The translations under genes were made by a program, and so were the position numbers. 64,000 nucleotides of DNA. It comes from Tubulanus polymorphus. Taxonomy: Eukaryota; Animalia; Nemertea. The stretch covers positions 5,642,001-5,706,000 of the forward strand of contig NC_134029.1 of NCBI RefSeq assembly GCF_964204645.1. Reading direction: 5' to 3'. Below are positions 41,701 to 52,626 of the stretch, piece after piece. The notes beneath the pieces are model-generated. The model did no database searches. It saw only the letters and a program-made list of their open reading frames with translations, and was not told where the DNA came from. Positions within the stretch are counted from its first letter, which is position 1, and each line of letters starts with the position of its first letter.

Positions 41701-43240
41701 CCAACAAAAACTATAATAGCGTTATTTTTACTGTTGCATCGAAGCGGGGTGTTTTTTTTTTCTTAAGTGACGAACGACTTGACCCTTTGACTTACTGTCG
41801 CGGATGTCTCCTGAACACCGCGGTTTTCCTGTGATAGGAATTATTAACACGCCTTTATATTTGTGATCGTCAAAGAAAGCTCTCTGAAGTAGATACATCG
41901 AATAAGACCGAGAGCAAGCTTCGCATCACGCAAACTCTCCGACGAGTGTGGTCACTTCTGCGTCTTCCGATAACAAGTCCATAACATGGTATTCGGCATT
42001 GTCGGCTAAACATCACCCGGGGTATTAAGGTAACCAGTAAACACGACACTTTGTTAGAAAATCACAGCCGTCGCAAGAATTGGCAAAAGACACTCAACCA
42101 CACCGCGCGAGACGACTTGTCCAGCAGTTTTAAGCCATATTCAGATCATTTCTTAATATTTGGTTCCTGTGGGCATCTGTTGGTAGTCACGCGATGTAGA
42201 CGTGAGGTGCAACCACGTGGATGGGTCACATTATCGATCAAACGTGATTAGTGAATTGTACAGGTCCATTTTGCTTGGTATTCTTCATACTCCGGTGGAC
42301 AAACAATGATGTTACAATTTGATCTCGATGAAAATGACTAAAATGATGAAATTTCAGCAGCAAAAAATTAACTAGATATCAAATCATTTGTACATATCTA
42401 AGATTGTGTTGTCGGCTGTCAGATTATTTTGATTTACTAAGACGATGGAATATTATTAGATTTTCCTATCCGTAAACCTATTAAGGGAAGAAACCATTCA
42501 TTCTTATATATTTCAGATACGTCGCCATCGTCTATCCGATCAAGGCGCATATATTCTGTAGCAGAAAACGGATTCTACTTGTTATCGGGATGATTTGGCC
42601 GTTCACAGTTGCTTGTGCTATACCGGTCTTACTTTACAATAAGATCGGTAAAGCGGCTCCCGGATACAGACTCGGATTCTGCCTCATACGATTCCCTGGA
42701 AATCACATTCAGTACCTGATTCCATGGAAATATCTTGAAGCCGTATTGTACTATTACCTACCGATGTTTTTCCAGATATTTTTCTACGCCGTTATCATTA
42801 AGAAATTGTTTGCCTCGGCCGGCGAGTTGCAAGGCGCACCGGATACTAATTCGTGTAGCCGGTCACCCGGAGCTAACACCCATAACGCCAACGCCTTGAA
42901 AGGTCGCAAGAGCGTTGTAAAAATGCTCATAGCCAGTGTTGTGATATACTTTCTTAGTTATTCCCCGTTTCAAGTCATGTTACTCTACAATACAATAGCT
43001 CCGAAACCGTTCTACCAGACGTGGTTGTTGCACGTGTTCGTAACGATGTTGACATTCGTAAATTCAGCGGCGAATCCCGTTCTTTATAGCATATTCAGCC
43101 AGAATTTCCGCAGGAAATTCGTAGCGATTCTTTGTCGGCACGCGCAGAACCCTCGTGGGTCGTACCGGCGGACTATGAATTCGACGCTAATGACCGACCC
43201 GGGGAGTACTAAATACAGACAGTCCCGCATCGGCCGATGA
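23763..43240 (+). CDS. Rhodopsin-like (class A) neuropeptide GPCR, 378 aa; resembles the invertebrate 'neuropeptide receptor 15-like' group
   Basis: Exon 1 23763-24175 (N-glycosylation sequons, TM1 GIVGNLLV, TM2 NLAIADL, TM3 Cys, ends VE-AG|gtaag). Exon 2 42517-43240 (tttcag|A TAC) completes ERY and carries TM4-7 (YFLSYSP, NSAANPVLY, FRRKF). 413+724 nt = 379 codons, in frame. The subfamily call is tentative. Confidence 0.93.
26907..26943. repeat. (TGCGTG)n microsatellite
   Basis: Run of tgcgtg units. Confidence 0.95.
27131..27180 (+). other. Degenerate minimal type I hammerhead-ribozyme-like motif (Penelope/retrozyme relic)
   Basis: CCGATGA (core CUGANGA with U4C), then A, stem II gctacta/tagtagc, then GAAA-GC-TC; stem I pairing is poor. 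Confidence 0.4.
31215..31470 (+). repeat. Dispersed ~250-bp repeat family, copy
   Basis: tgtggcaatcgagg...ggatccaccaggttcgctag...ggtcctgtgatgatatatagattcgggagtctaaaagtacagttcaaagtt is shared with 36078-36325; partial copies at about 25822 and 59025-59150. Confidence 0.85.
33396..33854. mobile_element. Foldback/MITE-like element with about 180-200-bp terminal inverted repeats
   Basis: 33396-33577 is the reverse complement of 33654-33854 (agatcctatggtggctgaaaagggccatagcgtaaaattc... versus ...gaattttacgctatgtcccttatcaaccaccatatagatct). The mirrored ORFs 33310-33531(-) and 33658-33882(+) both read FWRAKTNFQRKLDV. Confidence 0.9.
36078..36325 (+). repeat. Dispersed ~250-bp repeat family, copy
   Basis: actgtggcaatcgaggattccacgtatggcaggcgaggatccgcca is identical to 59025-59070 and similar to 31215-31470. 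Confidence 0.85.
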
Positions 43241-44428
43241 TTAGATTAGACGCACGTTCCACCAGAAAGAATCTAATTCTCTGTTACCTGGCTTGATGAT
43301 CAAATAGAATTACCGATTCGCGAACGAACGAGCTTGCTTATATAAATTTTGATGAGGGGTTTCGATGGCGATACAGGTCTGTAGCTGTGATGTTGGGGGT
43401 ATAGTACAAATTTTAGCACATGAATTTCAGCCGAATTGGAAGCGTAATTCGTACCAGGGAGCTCAAGGACCCGTATGATGAAAATGCAAATACACGTTTG
43501 TTCGTGGATGTGTAAAGTAGATTATGGACTATTTCGATGGTATATTGAAAAAGTTCACGAGTAGCGATTCGGACACGACAGTTATTCCGAAACAGGAGAC
43601 CGTTCATCAACGATGGTCACATATTCTCCTATGGAGGTCATATTCATGCGTAAAAATGTGTTCATATTTACTCAGGTTACGTATGTACTTTTCGTAGCAA
43701 TCCAGCAAAACACAAACAAAAACATGTTCATATGATCCTAATTCGTCCAATGTTACTTATTTATGTAATTTGAAATGATGATGTCTGGTGTCGATTGAAA
43801 AATGTCAATACAATTACTGAATAAATAACCATATATTACTATATTTCATTTTTGGTCGTCACGTTTTACTCGGATCAACTTGAATTCTCAACACTTAAAA
43901 ACTCCGGTGAAGTCTATCTTAGTTATCAATATTCATAAAAATTTCTTTATCTTTTTAGAAAATACACACCTTTTTGGTTATTCATCTAATCGTAATTTGA
44001 TAGTAATTCAATTTCAATGGCGTTTCCAATAAGTTGGTATTATCAGCCCCAGCCTATAACTCTAACCATGTACGTATCTAGTTTACACGCCCACCATGGA
44101 CACTAACTATTTATCAGTCATGTTCATTCAGTCATAAATAGACCGTAGTGACGTAAATGATGTGTCAAGAACATTGTAATAGTAATTTTCACAAGATGAC
44201 ACCGAAATAGCGTACACATTTTTGAGAAATATTAGTGAGCAGCTTTCCTCAATTGGACAAGGATAACTTGTCGCTTCTCAAACTATTCCTTTGTTCTCGA
44301 GAATAATAATCTAAACATGTTACTTCACGCTGAAACTATTCAAACAGCGGTTGTGTTCTCGATCTTCGCAGTTTTAACAAAGAATGCTACAATCGAACTT
44401 GAGTTAGAATATATTCTCAAAAACAACC

Positions 44429-47400
44429 ATGATGATCTTATCGGCGTTCTTGGGTATTTTAGTCATTACTTTTGTCACAAAATCAACCACTGGAGATACA
44501 GCAGCAGGTAATACAAACACAATCATACATTTCAATATCAAAATTTTTGAATTACCGCTGAATGAGATTAAATGAGTCGTTTTGTCAGATTAAGCATTTC
44601 CTTGCGATGACGTCCTTTTTATCTACTACGAACTTCAGATTGTGTCGGGGGGCAAATGTTTTACCCGGGGAAAAGACCCGGATGTTATCGGACCTGCGAT
44701 TATCCGAATGGTTGCTTGTCAAAGAAAATGAAGCATAAGATAATGAAAAGCGACTCGGACAAACAGGAAACCGAAACTGAACAGGGAGCATGCGACTGTC
44801 CGGAGGGGAAGGTCTGGCTGAATAACGCTTGTGTCGATCCTGCAGGAAACTGTCGTAAGTACAAACATGGAATCTAAATAGTTTAAGAGTCCATGGAATA
44901 AAAAAAATGAAAACGTATATGTATATATATACTCTTAAACTTTTTAGATTCCATACTATCTTTTTTTACAATTTTAACTACGAATTAAGTGTGTTTTTCA
45001 GTACATTTTTCAACAAACGTTGTTCCTTTTTAACATCTTCATTTAACTTTGACGAATTTCATCGGTATCAGGGTTGTTAAAAGTTGTATGTCTTTGAACA
45101 GCCCCAAGGTTATGCACATGCGGTGGATTCGGTGATGTCCACTATGCAAGTTTCGACGGACAATGGATCCATTTTATGGGCAAGTGTACCTATTTACTGT
45201 CCGAAACAACTAGCGTCTCCGACACTGACCCTTGTCATCACAAAATCACCGGCAAGAACAACCCACTTTCGAACTGGAGACAAGAGGTGACATGGCTTGA
45301 ACATGTAGATATCAAAATCGGTCGATTCGCTGATAGAATCCGATTGCTGAACGGCTTCAGGATACAGGTATATCGAATGATCTAAAGCCGGACAGACCCA
45401 GCAGTAGGAAAACATATTTCTTTGGGAAATAAGGCTGTTTTTGTATGTTTTTGTTCGGCCATTTGTAGCACGACAAAAAATTCACAATTCAGATATTAAC
45501 GATACTTCAACTGTGTTTCGTCTCAAATGTGCTTCAATACGTCTGAGTGCGTCTGGCTTTTTTCCAGGATTTGTATTTCCAAAACGACATTTACTTCGAC
45601 CCTCTTTTTGTTGTACATTTTATGATTAACAACAAAATTCTTGCTTCGATTGTAAAATGAGCACGCTGTTGAGCAAATGAGTAGGATCTGATGAGTTCGA
45701 TTAAAAACTATTTGCAGATTGGTGACGATGAATATCCAGACGCTGCTAGTGTTCCGGATAGCATCAAAACCGCCAATAACATCGATTTCTACAAAAATCG
45801 CTACGCAATAGTATTCGAAGATAAACAATGTGACCTGAAGGTGAAGTTTGGGAATCGTCACTATAAAATTCAAACGAGAAACTTCGCCGGAAATCTGAAA
45901 GGTATCTGCGGTAATTGTAACGGGAATTTAGATGACGATTGGTCACGATGTGACAATGGAATCTTGGTACCAAATACCGGAGGTGTAAACGTACAGACCG
46001 CTACATTTGGAGATAGTTGTCGCGTCGTTGATCCTGAATTTGATGGAAGCGACACGTAAGTATCCCCGCGCAAAATATTTCTCACGATCTGTTATTTTAC
46101 TTCATGGTTTCTGAATTCACTTGTTTAAGCTTAAACATTTACATGCGATGTCTCGTAATTATAATAAGTAAATGCCTTACAGTTGTGTCACAACACCGCT
46201 ACAACTTCCTGGCAGCGACGAAGAAATGATCACTGCTAAAGCAAGCGAATTAGCGTGTAACCAGATGCAGGAACTTGACGGTCTTAAAGAGTGCTACGAG
46301 ACTCTTCCCACTACAGAATCTCAGCAGATTCTTCAGTCATGTACTGTAGATGCGTGGGCCGTGACGTCCGAGGCGCAAGTTGAATACACTGTCTGCGCGG
46401 CTATGACGGAGCTTGCAGACGCGTGCCAAGCTCGTTCCATAGCAGTACCTGATTGGAAGCAACAGCATGGAATATGCAGTAAGTATTCAATCATCTTTTA
46501 GAGTATGAAGCCATACTTCCAGTGAGGGAAAAAGAACATGGCATCGAGACATAGCAAGGTCCTGCCTTAGTAGAAGGTAGGCCAGATGCGCAGCTATTCG
46601 CGTGGATGGCATTACTGGGCAAGACGGCCCAATCCAATTGTCTATCGTATGGACTTTTTCTTCTTAAAAAACTCACTGAATAAAGCAATTTCTCATTAAA
46701 CAATCGTGTCATATTCCGATGCACTACGTTTGCTTTTGGATCGTGGCCATGTGTCTTTTCGTTTTGTTTATAGCTGCTGCAGATTCGTGTACAGGAAATA
46801 CATATTACTCGCCATCCAGAACTACAGGTTGCAAGAAAACATGCGACGAACCAAACGGTCCACCTAACTGTCAGGAAACTGTGTCCCCGGGATGTGATTG
46901 TCCCGATGGTATGGTTTGGTATAAAGACGACTGCATAAACCCCTCAGTCTGCGGTAAATTCATCTTTCCATAACATATGTCTTTGAGAAATGCAAAAAAT
47001 GATTGGTGTAAATATTTGGCTGCTCTAATTACGATATGCCGTACTCAACTAAAACATCATCGCCTCTTTCTTTTCCCAAGACGCTGCCAAATTGTGTACC
47101 GGACAACTGGCCTACTCGAAAACGAAGAAGGAGAATTGTAAACGAACGTGCAAAGATCCGGATGGCCCAGAAACATGCGGCAATCTTGCACCAGGCTGTG
47201 ATTGTCCCAGTGATCATGTGTGGCATAACGATAAATGCTTTCCTAAAACATACTGCAACGGTAAATACGTGTTTTTATATCTAAAATAGTTGCTTGAGCC
47301 GATTCCAGAGTCGGCAATGTGTTGCCCTAGTTTGCGCCCATAACCTACGTACCGGTACCTATCAATTTAAGGGAAACATAGGAGTAAAATCGGACTCTGG

Positions 47401-48241
47401 AGTCTGACTTGGATTGTGCAATATCCTAGACTTGTGGGTGTATAGTAAAATACTCACTGAGAAAATTTTGTTTTCGTTTTTAGGTGAATGTGGGGTAAGT
47501 GATGAGAGAAATGTCTGTTTTGATAGCATTCATTAGAAAATATTGTCAACGTGTACGATTCATCAACGAACTATTATATCATGAAATTTCATTTGTAGGA
47601 CACTCTTTGTAAACCGACTGAAAAGTGTATCAAAACTGGAATGCAACAAGCTTTCTGTGTACCGAGTAAGTGACGAAAAGTCGAGAACTTTACAAAAAAT
47701 TCGCACCGTTCGGTGCACTTCACTCATTCAGTGTGCAAGATCTAGATGGGGCGAATGAGTTATGGACACGTACCAAAAAATTCAGTGTCTCGCGATCTGA
47801 ATTATGTTTCGCAGAGAAAATACACTTCATTCTTTTTAAATATCGAAAAACGGTTATCGATTTCAACTTTCAGCTTTGAAGTGGAAAGAAGGAAACAAAC
47901 TGCCGTGGGGACCTCATCACCAGAATCTGAATCCCGACCCATATCAGCCTCCGTCTTGGATGAACATCAATCAGCCCCCTCAGCATCGTTATCACCAGTA
48001 TCGACCACAGTGGGACATGTGGCAAAAACAACAGAATCCTTGGCCATCGCAGCAATATCACAATCCATGGCAATCACAACAATACCAACCATGGCCTCAA
48101 CATCAGCAGCACTGGCAACCGTGGACAACTTTCGGAAATCAGTACAACGGTGGTTTTAATCCTGGCTATAGTTATAACAATGGTAACCACAACCACAACA
48201 ACAATAACAATAACAATAACAATCCGTGGTACTTTGGTTGA
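44429..48241 (+). CDS. Secreted TIL-VWD-C8-TIL-TIL-(FOLN-like) protein with a Q/P/W/N-rich C-terminal tail (zonadhesin/FCGBP/mucin-like), copy A, intact, about 666 aa
   Basis: Ten phase-consistent exons: 44429-44507 (signal peptide MMILSAFLGILVITFVTKSTTG), 44639-44854 (TIL), 45102-45367 and 45718-46055 (VWD: CTCGGFGDVHYASFDG...GKCTYLL...LKGICGNCNGNLDDD), 46183-46478 (C8), 46774-46953 and 47081-47260 (TIL), 47484-47494, 47599-47665, 47874-48241. Total 2001 nt. AATAAA at 48355-48360. Confidence 0.88.
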
Positions 48242-48407
48242 ACGATATGCAACACATTTCATATTTCATACGTAGATGGTATTTTTTTCATTGATCCAAT
48301 TGTGTTCATACCATATTCAATTTATCGATGGAATGTTCTTTGGTAGGCTTATATAATAAAGCGAATATACATGATATTTACGTCGTTAGTTAAGTCTTCA
48401 ATACGAA

Positions 48408-48510
48408 TCACAAATATTCGAAAAACTCGCAGAAGAAACCTTTTTTGTTGGAACAAGGAGTCGTCAAACGGAAAGGTTACGGTGTTTGAAGTGTAATGAC
48501 CCAAAGTTCT
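48408..48510 (-). pseudogene. Truncated relic of the last exon of the PAN-CTL gene
   Basis: Reads WVITLQTP*PFRLTTPCSNKKGFFCEFFEYL*, homologous to WIIASQIPAPWLYTTPCFDRKGFVCEFIEYL*; cut by the duplication breakpoint at about 48511. Confidence 0.85.
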
Positions 48511-49058
48511 TGTTAATGAAACTACTGAATAAATAACGACATTTTATATTCTATTTTTGGTTCTTAAGTTTTCTCAAATCAACTTGAATTCTCAACACTT
48601 CGAAAATTCGGTTAAGTTTTTCAATATTCATATTCATCTCTTTATCTGTTCAAAAATCAAAAATCTAAATCTATTTGGTTATTCGTTTATGCTCATTGTT
48701 TATTCAGTTAATTTCCGTTAGGTTAAGTTTACCATAGAATAGACTGTATTGACGTAAAGGATGAGTCAAGAACATTGTAATGTTGTGTAATAGTCAAGAT
48801 GACGCCGAAACAATTTACAACAATTTTTACGAAATACATCGTAGTCAACAGCTTTTTTCGATGGAAACGTTGTTGCTCTTTTATTTATTTCGTTCACCAA
48901 ATGTTCCCGAAGTGAATAATCTAAACCTGTTTCCCCACACTGAATCTATTGCAATAACCGCCGTGTTCTCCATCTTCGCAGTTTTTAGCAAATAAGGACA
49001 CTATCTATCGAACTAGAGTAAGAATATTACTTATGAAACCAACCAGCACACAGTCATC

Positions 49059-52000
49059 ATGATCTTATCGCTTTACATAGGTATTTTGATTACTAATCTA
49101 GTTACAAAATCCACAACTGGAGAGACAGAAGCAGGTAATATATGCACATTATAACTATATTTGAATGTCAAAGATTTATAATCAAAATAGTTATTTTGTA
49201 AGAGATAAAGTTTATCAGGGATCACACCCTTTTTATATGCAACGAACATCAGATTGTGTCGGGGGACAAATATTCTACCCGGGTAGAAAACCTGGATGTT
49301 ATCGGACCTGCGATTATCCAAATGGCTGCTTTTCAAAGAAAAGAATATCTAAAATGAAAAGCGACTCGGACAAACAGGAAACCGAAACTGAACAGGGAGC
49401 ATGCGACTGTCCAGAAGGGAAGGTTTGGCTCAATAATGCTTGTGTTGATCCTGCGGTAGGAAACTGTCGTAAGTACAAACATGGACTCTAAAACGTTTTA
49501 AAATAAATGGTAAACGAATTCAAACGTATAATGAACGATCTAATTCTGATGGATTTTATCGGTATCGGGTTGTTAAAAGTTGTATGTCTTCGAACAGCCC
49601 CAAGGTTATGCACGTGCAATGGATTCGGTGATGTCCACTATACAAGTTACGACGGACAATCGATCGATTTGATGGGCAAGTGTACCTATTTACTGTCCGA
49701 AACAACTAGCGTCTCCGACACTGACCCTTGTCATCATAAAATCACCGGCAAGAACAACCCACTTCCGAACTGGAGACAAGAGGTGACGTGGCTTCAACAT
49801 GTAGATATCAAAATCGGTCGATCCGCTGATAGAATCCGATTGCTGAATGGCTTCAGGATACAGGTATATCTTAAGCCGGATGCACCCAGCAGTAGAAAAA
49901 CATATTTCCCAGGGAAATAAGGCTGTTTTTGTATGTTTTTGTTCGGCCATTTGTAGCACGACAAAAAATTCACAATTCAGATATTAACGATACCTCAAAT
50001 GTGTTTCGTCTCAAATGTGCTTCTGTATACGTCTGAGTGCGTCTGGCTTTTTTCCAGGATTTGTATTTCCAAAACGACATTAACTTTGACCTACTGTGTG
50101 TGCTGTACATTTTATGATTAACAACAAAATTCTTGCTTCAATCGTAAAATGAGCACGCCGTTGAGCAAATGAGTAGGATCTGATGAGTTCGATTAAAAAC
50201 TATTTGCAGATTGGTGACAATGAATATCCAGACGCTGCTAGTGTTCCGGATAGTATCAAAACCGCCAATAACATCGATTTCTACAAAAGTCACAACACAA
50301 TAGTATTCGAAGATAAACAATGTGACCTAAAGGTGAAGTTTGGAATCTTCGCTGTGAGATTCAAACGAGAAACTTCGCCGGAAATCTGAAAGGTATCTGC
50401 GGTAATTGTAACGGGAATTTAGATGATGATTGGTCACGATGTGACGATGGAACTTTGGTGCCAACTACCGGAGGTGTAAACGTACGGAACGCTGCATTTG
50501 TATGTAACCAGATGCAGGAACTAGACGGTCTTAAAGAGTGTTACGAAGCTCTTCCCACAACAGAATCTCAGCAGATTCTTCAATCCTGTTCATCAGATGC
50601 GTGGGCTGTGGCGTCCGACACGCAAGTTGAATACATCGTCTGCGCAGCTATGGAGGAGCAAGCAGACGCGTGCAAAGCTCGTTCTATGGAAGTAACTGAT
50701 TGGAAGCAACAACATGGAATATACAGTAAGTTTTTCAATAACCTTTCTGAGTATGACGCTACTCCCTCGGGAGTTGCGAACATAGATAGCATCGGCACTT
50801 CGCAATGAAGACTTTTTTAGGCCGGGTGCACAGTGGCATTAGCTTATGCAATGAAGTCAACCTGATCAGATTACCGGTTGTATAACTTTTCTCTTCTCAA
50901 AAACGCTCACTGAATAACGCGATTTCTTCCTCGGCCAATGGTGTGATATTGTATTACATCTGCTTGACCTTGACCGTGACCATGTGTCGAATCTATCATC
51001 GACGGTTTCTTTTCCTTTTGTTTAAAGCTGCTGCAGATTCGTGTACAGGAAATACATTTTACTCGCCATCCAGAACTACAGGTTGCAAGAAAACATGCGA
51101 CGAACCAAACGGTCCACCTAACTGTCAGGAAACTGTGTCCCCGGGATGTGATTGTCCCGATGGTATGGTTTGGTATAAAGACGACTGCATAAACCCCTCA
51201 GTCTGCGGTAAATTCATCTTTCCATAACATATGTCTTTGAGAAATGCAAAAAATGATTGGTGTAAATATTTGGCTGCTCTAATTACGATATGCCGTACTC
51301 AACTAAAACATCATCGCCTCTTTCTTTTCCCAAGACGCTGCCAAATTGTGTACCGGACAACTGGCCTACTCGAAAACGAAGAAGGAGAATTGTAAACGAA
51401 CGTGCAAAGATCCGGATGGCCCAGAAACATGCGGTAATCTTGCACCAGGCTGTGATTGTCCCAGCGATCATGTGTGGCATAACGATAAATGCTTTCCTAA
51501 AACATACTGCAACGGTAAGCTAACACTTTTTTCATTTCCAAAATAGTTGCTTGAGCCGATTCCAGAGTCAACGTCAATGTTTTTGGCCTATTTTTGAACC
51601 CGTGACGTACCTATAAATATAGGGATAAGATAGGGGTCAAAGTGGATTCTGGAATCGGACATGCATTGCGTAATAAAGCCTAGACTTGTGGGTATATGGT
51701 ATTCACAAAGACGATTATTTTATTTTTTAGGCGAATGTGGGGTAAGTGATGATGAGAGGAAATGCCTGTTTCGATAGCATTATGTCCACATGTTCGATTC
51801 ATTGACAAACAAAGATATCCTGAAATTTTATTTGTAGGACACTCTTTGTAAACCGTCTGAAAAGTGAATCAAAACGGGAATGCAACAAGCTTTCTGTGTA
51901 CCGAGTAAGTGACGAAAAGTTGACACTCTAGTGTGCAAGATCTCCGCTAGATGGGGCGAATGAGTTATGGACACGTAGAAAAATCAGTGTCTCGCGATCT

Positions 52001-52390
52001 GAATTATGTTTCGCAGAGAAAATACACTTCATTCTTTTTAAATATCGAAAAACGGTTATCGATTTCATCTTTCAGCTTTGAAGTGGAAAGAAGGAAACAA
52101 ACTGCCGTGGGGACCTCATCACCAGAATCTGAATCCCGACCCATATCAGCCTCCGTCTTGGATGAACATCAATCAGCCCCCTCAGCATCGTTATCACCAA
52201 TATCGACCACAGTGGGACATGTGGCAAAAACAACAGAATCCATGGCCATCGCAGCAATATCACAATCCATGGCAACCACAACAATACCAACCATGGCCTC
52301 AACATCAGCATCACTGGCAACCGTGGACAACTTTCGGACATCAGTACAACGGTGGTTTTAATCCTGGCTATAGTCATAACAATGGTAACC

Positions 52391-52457
<67 letters not shown>

Positions 52458-52476
52458 CCCGTGGTATTTTGGTTGA
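49059..52476 (+). pseudogene. Copy B of the VWD-C8-TIL/Q-P-W-N gene, disrupted
   Basis: Exons 49059-49134, 49253-49468, 49598-49863, 50210-50725 (fused exons 4+5), 51028-51207, 51335-51514, 51731-51741, 51838-51904, 52076-52476. Lesions relative to copy A: 1-nt deletion ggg>gg at ~50342 (stop ending at 50389), ~245-bp deletion at ~50500, TGT>TGA at 51865-51867, and C8 terminal Cys>Tyr. Confidence 0.8.
52390..52458. repeat. (AAC)n trinucleotide expansion encoding poly-Asn
   Basis: Pure aac run in copy B; copy A has a shorter run interrupted by aat. Confidence 0.95.
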
Positions 52477-52626
52477 ATTATATGCATTATTTTTCATATT
52501 TTATAGAAGTCTTTTGATCAATCGAATTGTATTCTTACTATGTTTGATTTATCGATGGAATGTTCTTTGGTAGGCTTAATAAAGCGAATATACTATGTAT
52601 GTCATCAATTCAGTCATAAATACTAA

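Noticed and set aside
24923-42251. Numerous 60-125 aa ORFs inside the GPCR intron as nested genes
   Set aside because: No recognisable domains, no consistent exon chain, and lengths expected by chance.
45114-45145. GDPH autocatalytic cleavage site in the VWD domain
   Set aside because: Both copies read GDVH, so the Asp-Pro bond needed for FCGBP/MUC2-type autocleavage is absent.
47746-47769. Conserved 24-nt block atggggcgaatgagttatggacac (also 51951-51974) as an extra exon or separate gene start
   Set aside because: Weak donors (gtacca, gtagaa) and no polypyrimidine tract; conservation is explained by a conversion tract. It would not change the downstream frame anyway.
51865-51867. In-frame TGA aligned with a Cys codon of copy A, as possible selenocysteine or readthrough
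   Set aside because: Copy B already has an upstream frameshift, the Cys is a structural extracellular residue, and I see no SECIS-like hairpin in the short 3' UTR; a nonsense mutation is simpler.
52072-52573. Poly-Val (minus) and poly-Thr (plus) ORFs
   Set aside because: Alternative readings of the (AAC)n poly-Asn repeat.
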